From NCBI GenBank assembly GCA_029006195.1, contig JAQXGH010000031.1, positions 17,811 through 81,810 of the forward strand: a stretch of 64,000 nucleotides of DNA, given 5' to 3'. Below are positions 42,000-49,620 of the stretch, piece by piece. The stretch is from Bacillota bacterium (GTDB lineage: Bacteria > Bacillota > Clostridia > Peptostreptococcales > Anaerovoracaceae). The notes below the pieces were generated by a model. The model was given only the letters and a program-made list of their open reading frames with translations. It did no database searches and was not told where the DNA came from. A program made the position numbers and the translations under genes. Position 1 is the first letter of the stretch. Each line of letters starts with the position of its first letter.

Positions 42000-42016
42000 T
42001 TTGATTTCCCCTTCTC

Positions 42017-42970
42017 TCATTTTTCTTTTGTTCCAACAACACAGTGGATGCCGTAATCATTAAAGTAATCCGCAATACACTTTACCTTTTTCTGAAATTC
42101 TTCTCGATCAAATTCCAGGTCTCTCATCTGATATTCACGTCCAAGTGAAATGCACTTTTCTTCGCCCATTCGCATGAAGGAGAGAAGCTGCAAAGTCCTC
42201 AGACTCTTACCAATGTTTTCATTTATATATTCTGCAGTAGCAGATATATTCGCATCATCATCATTTATTCCCGGTATAACAGGTATACGCAGAATCATTT
42301 CGTGACCGCCTGCTGCGATCTTTTTTAGATTTTCTAATATTAATTTATTTGACGCTCCAGTCCATTTCTTATGAACCTCATCATCCATAACTTTGATATC
42401 AGAAATAATAAGATCAGCATGTTTGATTACCGGCTCAATAACTTCCCAGCCGGCATCAAAAGTTGATTCAAGGCAGGTATGAATTCCAGCCTTCTGACAT
42501 TCGGCTAAGATAGCCTTTGTAAAATCAGCCTGAACGAGAGGTTCTCCTCCAGAAATTGTGACGCCTCCACCTGACTTCTCGTAGAATCCCCTGTCCTTTT
42601 CTACAAGATTCATGACTTCCTCAAGGCTCATGAGTTTGCCCCAAGGTTTAATAGCTTCTGAAGGACATGCATCCGCACAGGCCATGCAGCCTATGCATTT
42701 ACTCCTATCGATCTTAACGATTTTTTCTTGGCCAAACAGAAGAGCCTGCTGCTTACAAGCTTTAATGCAAAGCCCGCATTTGCTTTCGCCTATACACTTA
42801 CTCATGTAAACGCCCGGCTCCATCTTGGCATTCTGGCTTTCCGGATTGCTGCACCATTTACATTTTAGCGGGCAGCCTTTTAAGAAAATTTCTGTTCTAA
42901 TTCCAGGTCCGTCATTTATAGTATATCTTTGTATGTTAAATACAATTCCCTTATCAGTCAAAGCCATCAC
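42017..42970 (-). CDS. Glycyl radical enzyme activating protein (radical SAM with ferredoxin insert)
   Basis: DGPGIRT, CPLKCKWCSNPE, two extra CxxCxxC-type clusters, SGGGVTISGGEP. Confidence 0.95.
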   Translation of the reverse strand: MMALTDKGIVFNIQRYTINDGPGIRTEIFLKGCPLKCKWCSNPESQNAKMEPGVYMSKCIGESKCGLCIKACKQQALLFGQEKIVKIDRSKCIGCMACADACPSEAIKPWGKLMSLEEVMNLVEKDRGFYEKSGGGVTISGGEPLVQADFTKAILAECQKAGIHTCLESTFDAGWEVIEPVIKHADLIISDIKVMDDEVHKKWTGASNKLILENLKKIAAGGHEMILRIPVIPGINDDDANISATAEYINENIGKSLRTLQLLSFMRMGEEKCISLGREYQMRDLEFDREEFQKKVKCIADYFNDYGIHCVVGTKEK

Positions 42971-43015
42971 CCTTTCCTTAATTACATTTTAATATTAAAA
43001 CGAATAAAGGCAATA

Positions 43016-43041
43016 AAAAATGAGCTGTACTACTCATTTTT
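43016..43041. promoter_or_regulatory. Imperfect 26-bp palindrome upstream of GRE activase (putative operator)
   Basis: AAAAATGAGC-tgtact-ACTCATTTTT; near copy at 44312-44337. Confidence 0.45.
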
Positions 43042-44152
43042 ATAGGGAATGTTTCCTATACAGCTCAAATTTATTATTGATTTTATATTTATTAAAGATT
43101 TTCTGAACCTGATTCTTAACGGTATGATAAGAAAGTCCCAGCTGGCTGGCAGCTTCTTTATAAGTAAGGCCCTGGCAGATTAGATCAGCCACCCTTTTCT
43201 CTGCTGGAGTAAGCTCTACATCACGCCTTTCTTCTTTAATTATAGCCGGTGCTATATCCTGTACAATTTTTCGTTTTTCTTCTTCAGGCATTATCGTTAT
43301 CCAGTAGTACCTGTCTATAATGTCATGACTATAAGTCTGATTAAATGTATGTATGAAAAAATCATAATTTCTAACAACTCTATGACAGACCTTCTCAGTA
43401 GAATCAATGTCTCCCAGAAGGAAAGGCAGCCAACTGCATTTATTCTCTATTCCGAAAGTATCAGATACATTATCACCAAGAATTTCCTCAAGATAACTCT
43501 GCGCCCTCTTGTTACATACAAGGACATGCATATTATCGTCGGTAATCATATATGAATTAGCACCTGAATTAATTATCTCATCCTGTATGCTAGAGAAAAT
43601 CTTAGACTGTTCGTGAAGCTTAAAGTTCTTATATGCTCTGGCTACATAAGTGTAAAGCCTATAAAGCTCGTCCTTTTCTTCTTCAGAAAAAGGCCCTTCA
43701 CCCTCAGATTTATAGCAAACAATTTCAAGATATGCATTTTTACCAAAGGCCATAATGGCGCAATGCGCCATGCCTAAAATCTCATTCATGTTTTTGGCAA
43801 ATTGAGATTCCTCGTAGTCCTCAAGCATTTCACAAGGGAAATATACCTTAGGCTCAAGGTTCATGTGATTAAGATTATCTCGCCCAGCATCCTTATAAAT
43901 GACAGTTCTAACGCTATCATCTTCAGCAAAAGCCTTATGACTTACATCATCAAAGCCGTGCTGAATGCCCCTGCTATCTATCCATGAGATAAAGTTATTT
44001 CTCTCATCGAAACAGATAATCGAAGCATTAGTAAGCCCGAAATTACGTTCAAGTGATTGCAGTAATGAAGGACTAAAGAAATCTCTTGCTGAGATCTGAT
44101 TCTCCGCCATTTCTGATATGAAATTTTTTTGACATGATTCATCAAAATGCAT
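43040..44152 (-). CDS. LuxR/CsgD-type HTH regulator with N-terminal sensory domain
   Basis: C-terminal LT..E..V..LI.QGL..KE.A..L..S..TVK.....IF.K; likely start MHFDE at 44152 behind GGAG. Confidence 0.88.
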   Translation of the reverse strand: MHFDESCQKNFISEMAENQISARDFFSPSLLQSLERNFGLTNASIICFDERNNFISWIDSRGIQHGFDDVSHKAFAEDDSVRTVIYKDAGRDNLNHMNLEPKVYFPCEMLEDYEESQFAKNMNEILGMAHCAIMAFGKNAYLEIVCYKSEGEGPFSEEEKDELYRLYTYVARAYKNFKLHEQSKIFSSIQDEIINSGANSYMITDDNMHVLVCNKRAQSYLEEILGDNVSDTFGIENKCSWLPFLLGDIDSTEKVCHRVVRNYDFFIHTFNQTYSHDIIDRYYWITIMPEEEKRKIVQDIAPAIIKEERRDVELTPAEKRVADLICQGLTYKEAASQLGLSYHTVKNQVQKIFNKYKINNKFELYRKHSL

Positions 44153-44311
44153 AAATAATCTCCGTAATCTCCTTGATATACTTTGAAGCATAAACTCTAG
44201 TTTTCATCTTAGGATTATAACTCGCTTTGTGTTAAAAAAAATACCTTTAGTTTGCACATTGCAATGCCACTTTCCTACTACTATTTTAATTGTATTATCT
44301 ATAAAAACAAC

Positions 44312-44337
44312 AAAAATGAGCATTTAAGCTAATTTTT
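44312..44337. promoter_or_regulatory. Second copy of 26-bp palindrome, upstream of LuxR-type gene
   Basis: AAAAATGAGC-atttaa-GCTAATTTTT. Confidence 0.4.
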
Positions 44338-44699
44338 CCTAGTGGTAGGCCCTTTCCAAGACTGCACTCATAGCTGTCAATAATCTCATGCAAAAGCCAT
44401 AGAACAGGTTTTTCTAAATCCAGTTTCTGAAGTTTTCTCTTAAGAATTTTATGATCGATATTATCAAAGAACTTTCTCACATCGCATTTTAGCACCCACC
44501 CGTCAGAGCCGTGATTTGTTATAGTAATCTCGCAGAAATCTGCTTACTCTGTCCATAGCGAAATGCGTTCCCTTGCCAAATTTCTCGAAAGATCCATTTC
44601 AAAATCTATCACTTCTTTATTGTTGCGTTTGCCCTTTCTAGCGGCTTTGTGTGCCTGATATAAACTGGCGAAGCTATGTATCTTTTCAAAGTCGTTCAT
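44338..44699 (-). pseudogene. DGR reverse transcriptase remnant (internal deletion, frameshifts, 3' truncation)
   Basis: Three frames: MNDFEKIHSFASLYQAHKAARKGKRNNKEVIDFEMDL / GKGTHFAMDR...DYY / HGSDGWVLKCDVRKFFDNIDH...GLPLG; no YxDD region remains. Confidence 0.88.
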
Positions 44700-44879
44700 T
44701 TGTTTATTCTCTTCAAAAATAATAAGGCTGGCAGAGTATCTCGATACCTAAGAACCCAAAAGCATCTGCGTAAAGGTTCCCTGCCAGCTTGTATTTACCC
44801 TATATAGGGAAGGAATACGGCTCCTTAACCTCCAGCTCTGGCGGCCACACCTGTGGACTCGCTTCTCGCAACTTGGAGA
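44700..44879 (-). other. DGR spacer between template repeat and RT (structured RNA region)
   Basis: Non-coding; long-range stem AAGGCTGGCAG...CTGCCAGCTT (~44724-44790) and CCCTATATAGGG palindrome; canonical TR-to-RT position. Confidence 0.55.
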
Positions 44880-45095
44880 TTATGCGGGACGAATGCCATT
44901 ATTGTCGTTGTTGACATTGTTGCCAAATGTATCATTAGCTCTGAATAGATTCTCAATGACATCTAGGCTGTAATTCTGCAATCTACAGACATATGTATAT
45001 CTGAAATGCTTAGGCGATTTCTGAGTCACTGTCATTACATAAGAGAATAGATCCTTTGATTTAGTTATAATTGAAAGATCGGATTGTTGTTTCAT
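44880..45095 (-). pseudogene. avd: Avd (DGR accessory variability determinant) N-terminal half fused in frame to TR remnant
   Basis: L.I..K..DL..Y....T.K.PK..R.....RLQ.....IE.L..AN four-helix-bundle start; last residues GNNVNNDNNGIRPA are TR sequence. Confidence 0.8.
44887..44924 (-). repeat. DGR template repeat (TR), 3' remnant
   Basis: GGCAACAATGTCAACAACGACAATAATGGCATTCGTCC; 31/38 identical to 46535-46572 with all 7 differences at TR adenines. Confidence 0.92.
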
Positions 45096-45098
45096 GTT

Positions 45099-46442
45099 TT
45101 ACATCAAATTAAATACATCGGCTATTACTTCGCTATTAGATTTGTTTTGCCAATGTACAATTTCCATTTTACCTCCATTTGTTCGTAGTTTCTTTCTAAG
45201 ATCATTTTCGCTCTCGTTTCTACAGACTATTATCACTTTAGCATTCGCTTTACTCAGCGTGAAATCTCTTATTAACGCATTAATATGACTATCGTCATCA
45301 TTGATTCCATATCCTATAATTATCAAACAATCTGTTTCTGAAAGAATGTGAACAGCTCTGTGATATGTTTCGATTTGTGTCCTATTTATAATGGGTTTCA
45401 CATATGATTGGCCAAGTACATAAGGGAAAAATATTCGATTTGAATCCAAGGTACCTGATAGAGTATTTATACTGGTTATATCTGGTATTTCGAATAAACC
45501 AATCCTACCATTTAAGTACACAAGTTTACTTTCATCATTCACGCAATCTTTAACGTAAGGTGTATAATTTGTAGTTAGAATGCCACAACATGAATAATTA
45601 CTTTCTTTATCGCATAATCGCGCTCTTATCAAATTATAGTATGTATCATCATTACAATTAAAATCTTCGGGTTCCATATTTGATATTATTTTATCGACTT
45701 CTTCTAGCCTACTTAATATTAAACACTCATTATTATCACTCACATCAACATCGAGTTTTTTTGAAAAATACGCCTTATTATTTTTAATCATATAATTTAC
45801 TATGCAGGTATAACATGCCCAATAGTAATTCATTATTATTGAGAATTTTACCTTTCCATATTTAGAAGGATTAATTATTGTATGAAAATATGAGTCCAAT
45901 ACCCCTGCCGTGCTTATCGACAATTTACTTTCATCAAACTTTAATATTCCTGCTTTATTGTAGAAGAAAGGTTTCAGTACTGGCGATATTCTTGATATTT
46001 CAAATTTTTCATTTACCTTTGATAGTAACGTCTTTAGTTCTTTATCAAAGTCAGTTTTATTGCTATTCTTTTCCTTAACTTCTTTGATTTCACTTTCATC
46101 ATAAAACTCCTCCAATTGATCATTTGTCAATATCGAAATAATATCATTTTTATAATCAGTCTTAAAAGACTCAATAGTCCTACAAAATAGAATGATACCC
46201 TTTCGTAAAATTGCACTATATATTAGGTTTTTATTGTTAATATGATTTTGTCTATATTTGTACTCATCCACCCACTCACTAAAAGTTCTTTCTGTCATTA
46301 TCGTTTTAAGCTGTTCACCAATTTTATTATTAAAATCGTCGGATAAAAAGGTATCATAAAAATATGTTATTCCAGATGGCATATTATAATTTCCTTCGCC
46401 TTCTGCCCCTGCACCAAACAAGAACGTAACTTTATTTTTCAT
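45099..46442 (-). CDS. SIR2-like domain protein (putative NAD-consuming defence effector)
   Basis: N-terminal FLFGAGA...P, ILTTNY, VYLNG, IIIGYGINDDD.HIN; visibly more AT-rich than neighbours. Confidence 0.75.
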   Translation of the reverse strand: MKNKVTFLFGAGAEGEGNYNMPSGITYFYDTFLSDDFNNKIGEQLKTIMTERTFSEWVDEYKYRQNHINNKNLIYSAILRKGIILFCRTIESFKTDYKNDIISILTNDQLEEFYDESEIKEVKEKNSNKTDFDKELKTLLSKVNEKFEISRISPVLKPFFYNKAGILKFDESKLSISTAGVLDSYFHTIINPSKYGKVKFSIIMNYYWACYTCIVNYMIKNNKAYFSKKLDVDVSDNNECLILSRLEEVDKIISNMEPEDFNCNDDTYYNLIRARLCDKESNYSCCGILTTNYTPYVKDCVNDESKLVYLNGRIGLFEIPDITSINTLSGTLDSNRIFFPYVLGQSYVKPIINRTQIETYHRAVHILSETDCLIIIGYGINDDDSHINALIRDFTLSKANAKVIIVCRNESENDLRKKLRTNGGKMEIVHWQNKSNSEVIADVFNLM

Positions 46443-46503
46443 TTATTTTATTCCTTTCTCCTTTTACCTACCATCAAAGTATGGAAGATTAGAAGATTAA
46501 TAA

Positions 46504-48873
46504 TTAAAGATTAGAAATATCCACCCACAAAGCTGGACGAATGCCACAAGTGTCGTGGTAGACACTGCTGCCATTTACATACACGTAGCCGTCAGTATGG
46601 ACAATTGCAGCGCTATCAGAATCGTAGCCAGGGGAGCGCAACCACCACCAGCTATTACCATTATCATCTACCCAAATTCTATTCGTTTTTGCAAATTCAG
46701 TTCCTACTGCCGCGCTATCGCTGACAGACTTGAAATATTTAACCGCTTCTTCTATGGATAGCAGGAAAATATCGTCATTAGTGTCCTTGCCTCCGCTTGT
46801 TCCATAATCCTTATTATCATTGTTTTTGATGTTTGTGTTTACGATTGCCTTATGTTCTTCATCAGAGAAAGCAGCATTCTCAAAATCTTCATTTAACCAT
46901 TTTCTAAGAGTACACTTTTCCCAGGTGATAGATACGTAGACATCATTATATTTCTTAACATCGAGACATTTTTCGCTTATAAGCAGAACCTTATTGCCAT
47001 CCTTATCAAGTATTCTCCATTCTATAGCCTCTTTGCCATTATCTGTATCATTATCCTGCTCATATTTGCCAAAGTAGACTTTTTCACCTACTTTCGCCTC
47101 TACATTCCCAAGTCTCATTGGTTCTATTTTCGCATCTTTTGCCTCTTCAATTTTTGCATCAGCATCCTTAAAGCCATCCATCGCTTCAAAAGCTGTTATA
47201 GCGGCGTCGTATTTTCCAACAGCCAAAAGATCGCATGCTTTTTTATAGTTATTGTTTGGTATCACTACCTGCGTAACTACAAATATGGCTATCACTGCTA
47301 CAATAACAGCAGGTATTGTTACAGACAGCACTTTTTTAGTTTTCTTAGCACGTACCATTGCTGCATTACGTTTCTCCACTTCGATTCGGGCGATTCTAGC
47401 AGCTTCTTTTCTTTCTGCTTCTGCCTTTTTCTCTGCAGCTATTCTTTCCTCTTCTTTCTTTCTGGCAATTTCAGCTTTGATTCTGGCGATTTCATTTTTG
47501 CAGATAGCAACGCACTCTGTTGCATTCTTATAACCTTCAATCGATGCAAAGGCTATTTCTGCAGCTTCGTAACCTTCGAGGTTTCCGCTAGCCATTTTAG
47601 CTACAGCATCCTTATATATACCTTCTTTACGAGCTGTTTCGTTTCTGTCTTTAATATTTTTGATATATCCGTCAAGCTCTTCCTTGAGGGAATCATCGCC
47701 GAATCTTATGGCCTTTGCATAATTGTCGTTTCCATCGAATGGCATTGAACAATGTTTAAGCGCTTCGCGTTTTGATGATCTGCAGGATGCCATGAGTTTA
47801 CCAAGGTATGCGTCTGCATTTTCTGGATCCTGGTCTAGAACTTTCTCGAAGTATTCGTCGGCGCTTGTCCAGTTACCATCTTCACAGAACATAAAGCCAC
47901 GCTTAAGAAGCGGAGCGATGGATGCTAGCGGAGCGTTGTTAACTACTACTGTTTCCTTAATAGAAGGCTTCTGCTGATCGCTTGCGAGTATTTTCTTGAT
48001 ACCTCGGATGAGCTCCTGCATGAAACCGAGCTTACTCATGTCCTGCGCCTGCAGGTGTGAAAATTCTTCTGGAAGATCATAAGGATCCATGTCACGGTAT
48101 GCAGGGATTAGCATTTTCTTTTCTCCCTGGCTTATGAGCGACAGGAATCTTGACCATTCATTCCTTACCCATACTGCGTTGAAATATTCAGGTTTAGTAC
48201 CTAAAGCAACCATCACTTTGGCGGAGTTTAGAGCTGCGAAAATATATGGTTCATACGCTGTTCCAAGTTTATCTTCAAGTGTGATTCTGGAGAAGAATAC
48301 TTTGAAGCCTTCCTGAATCAGCTGGTGATAAAGATCTGTTGCCAGAACGGAGTCAGGTGTTCTGCGGCCATTATTGTCCGTTTCCTTGTAGCAGATGAAT
48401 ACATCAAACGGCTTTTCTTTCTGAGAGATTTCCAGGATGCCTTTCTGGATCTCGTCTATAGCCTTGGCTTCTGCTTCGTAAACTGTTTTCTGAAGTGCAT
48501 CAGCATTCTGGATGGCTGCCTTATAGTTTTCGTCAGCGAAAATAGAAGTATACTGAGCTCTGTTCACTGTAGGCACTCTTCTGTGAGTTGCCGGATCTTC
48601 CACATACTCGATGCCGTAGCGGCAGAGGACCAGAGACCAGTAGCTTTCTGCGTCAGTTGTATCCTCGTTTAGAATTCTGTTATATATCTCTGCGGCTTTA
48701 TCGTAATCGTTGTTGCGCCTGAAGTGGTTTGCCCTGTCATACAGATTGGCCTTTTTTTCATCGTCTAATTTTGGCAAGGTCTGCATTGTTCCGCAGTATT
48801 CGCATTCGCAGACTGTTGCTCCGTTGTTTACTTCCAGTGTGCCACCACACATCTTGCATTTGAAGATTGCCAT
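46504..48873 (-). CDS. DGR target: Zn-ribbon + TPR + TIR + TM + C-terminal DUF6273/C-type-lectin-like domain
   Basis: CKMC..CEYC; TPR-like helices; TIR FDVFICYKE...WVRNEW (~48411-47985); TM after KKTKK (~47330-47257); FGKYEQD...IEW.IL...WWWLRSPG...GIRPALW. Confidence 0.88.
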   Translation of the reverse strand: MAIFKCKMCGGTLEVNNGATVCECEYCGTMQTLPKLDDEKKANLYDRANHFRRNNDYDKAAEIYNRILNEDTTDAESYWSLVLCRYGIEYVEDPATHRRVPTVNRAQYTSIFADENYKAAIQNADALQKTVYEAEAKAIDEIQKGILEISQKEKPFDVFICYKETDNNGRRTPDSVLATDLYHQLIQEGFKVFFSRITLEDKLGTAYEPYIFAALNSAKVMVALGTKPEYFNAVWVRNEWSRFLSLISQGEKKMLIPAYRDMDPYDLPEEFSHLQAQDMSKLGFMQELIRGIKKILASDQQKPSIKETVVVNNAPLASIAPLLKRGFMFCEDGNWTSADEYFEKVLDQDPENADAYLGKLMASCRSSKREALKHCSMPFDGNDNYAKAIRFGDDSLKEELDGYIKNIKDRNETARKEGIYKDAVAKMASGNLEGYEAAEIAFASIEGYKNATECVAICKNEIARIKAEIARKKEEERIAAEKKAEAERKEAARIARIEVEKRNAAMVRAKKTKKVLSVTIPAVIVAVIAIFVVTQVVIPNNNYKKACDLLAVGKYDAAITAFEAMDGFKDADAKIEEAKDAKIEPMRLGNVEAKVGEKVYFGKYEQDNDTDNGKEAIEWRILDKDGNKVLLISEKCLDVKKYNDVYVSITWEKCTLRKWLNEDFENAAFSDEEHKAIVNTNIKNNDNKDYGTSGGKDTNDDIFLLSIEEAVKYFKSVSDSAAVGTEFAKTNRIWVDDNGNSWWWLRSPGYDSDSAAIVHTDGYVYVNGSSVYHDTCGIRPALWVDISNL
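46535..46650 (-). repeat. DGR variable repeat (VR)
   Basis: 46535-46572 aligns to TR remnant; extension to the WWWLRSPG codons inferred from NNY codon bias. Confidence 0.85.
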
Positions 48874-48885
48874 ATTTTTTCTCCC

Positions 48886-49620
48886 CTATACTTTTCTCTT
48901 GTTTTCTCTACACTTGATGTTTCTTAACTCTATTAATTTCAGAAGTTCGTCGAATTTAGAATTCAAAATCTCTGCAGCCGATCCATTCTCCATTAATACT
49001 CTAATTTCACTTGTCAGCTTCATGATGGCGTGCTCCTCGGCCTGAAGGGATCCGTCAGAAACAGGATCACTGAATCTGACCGCCTCATAGATTGCCTTGG
49101 CTATGCGCTTGTCGTTTTCGTTTGTGGCCTTTGCGAGCAGCAGCTGTGCGTCGCCGGTGATTTCTCTCATAAGAGACACCTTGTTATTAAGCATAACATT
49201 AGCACTTACAGCCCTGTCGCCCGCAGTCTTGGCCATGATAATAAATATGATGGAAAACACCAGTACTGCCCCACAGACGATCACGCCTATCCATATAGGA
49301 AGATTTGGTATCGCCATGCAAGCCCCGCCAGCGATCACCATAATGATCAATTCTATGAAGCTGATCACATTGATAGGTGTTTCTCCTGCCTTATCCAGCA
49401 ATTTTACTGCAAAGGCCATATGGACTATAAAGGTGAGCATTATGAAGCCGTATCCCGGCCAGAATGCTCCGTCGTATTTGCTGTAGCCGCCAACTTCTGC
49501 TGGAGTCACGAAGCAGATGATGTTAAAAAGTATCACCATCAGTGCCCAGCATATAAGGTAGTATTTCGTTTCTTTTTTCATTTCATGCACCTTGCCTTTA
49601 ATTAAAGTTTCGTTCCGCAC
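48886..49620 (-). CDS. 4-TM membrane protein with C-terminal helical domain
   Basis: Four hydrophobic segments, then EAVRFSDP.S...RN..C.. helical tail; overlaps SPFH gene end; start could be 49581. Confidence 0.75.
   Translation of the reverse strand: MRNETLIKGKVHEMKKETKYYLICWALMVILFNIICFVTPAEVGGYSKYDGAFWPGYGFIMLTFIVHMAFAVKLLDKAGETPINVISFIELIIMVIAGGACMAIPNLPIWIGVIVCGAVLVFSIIFIIMAKTAGDRAVSANVMLNNKVSLMREITGDAQLLLAKATNENDKRIAKAIYEAVRFSDPVSDGSLQAEEHAIMKLTSEIRVLMENGSAAEILNSKFDELLKLIELRNIKCRENKRKV

Noticed and set aside
44338..44699. RT fragments as group II intron or retron
   Set aside because: Preceded by avd and a TR with adenine-specific match to a nearby gene, which is diagnostic of a DGR.
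45099..48873. Calling the TIR + SIR2 pair a canonical Thoeris system
   Set aside because: TIR is part of a large membrane protein rather than a stand-alone ThsB, and no SLOG or macro domain is recognisable in the SIR2 protein; treated as a distinct candidate instead.
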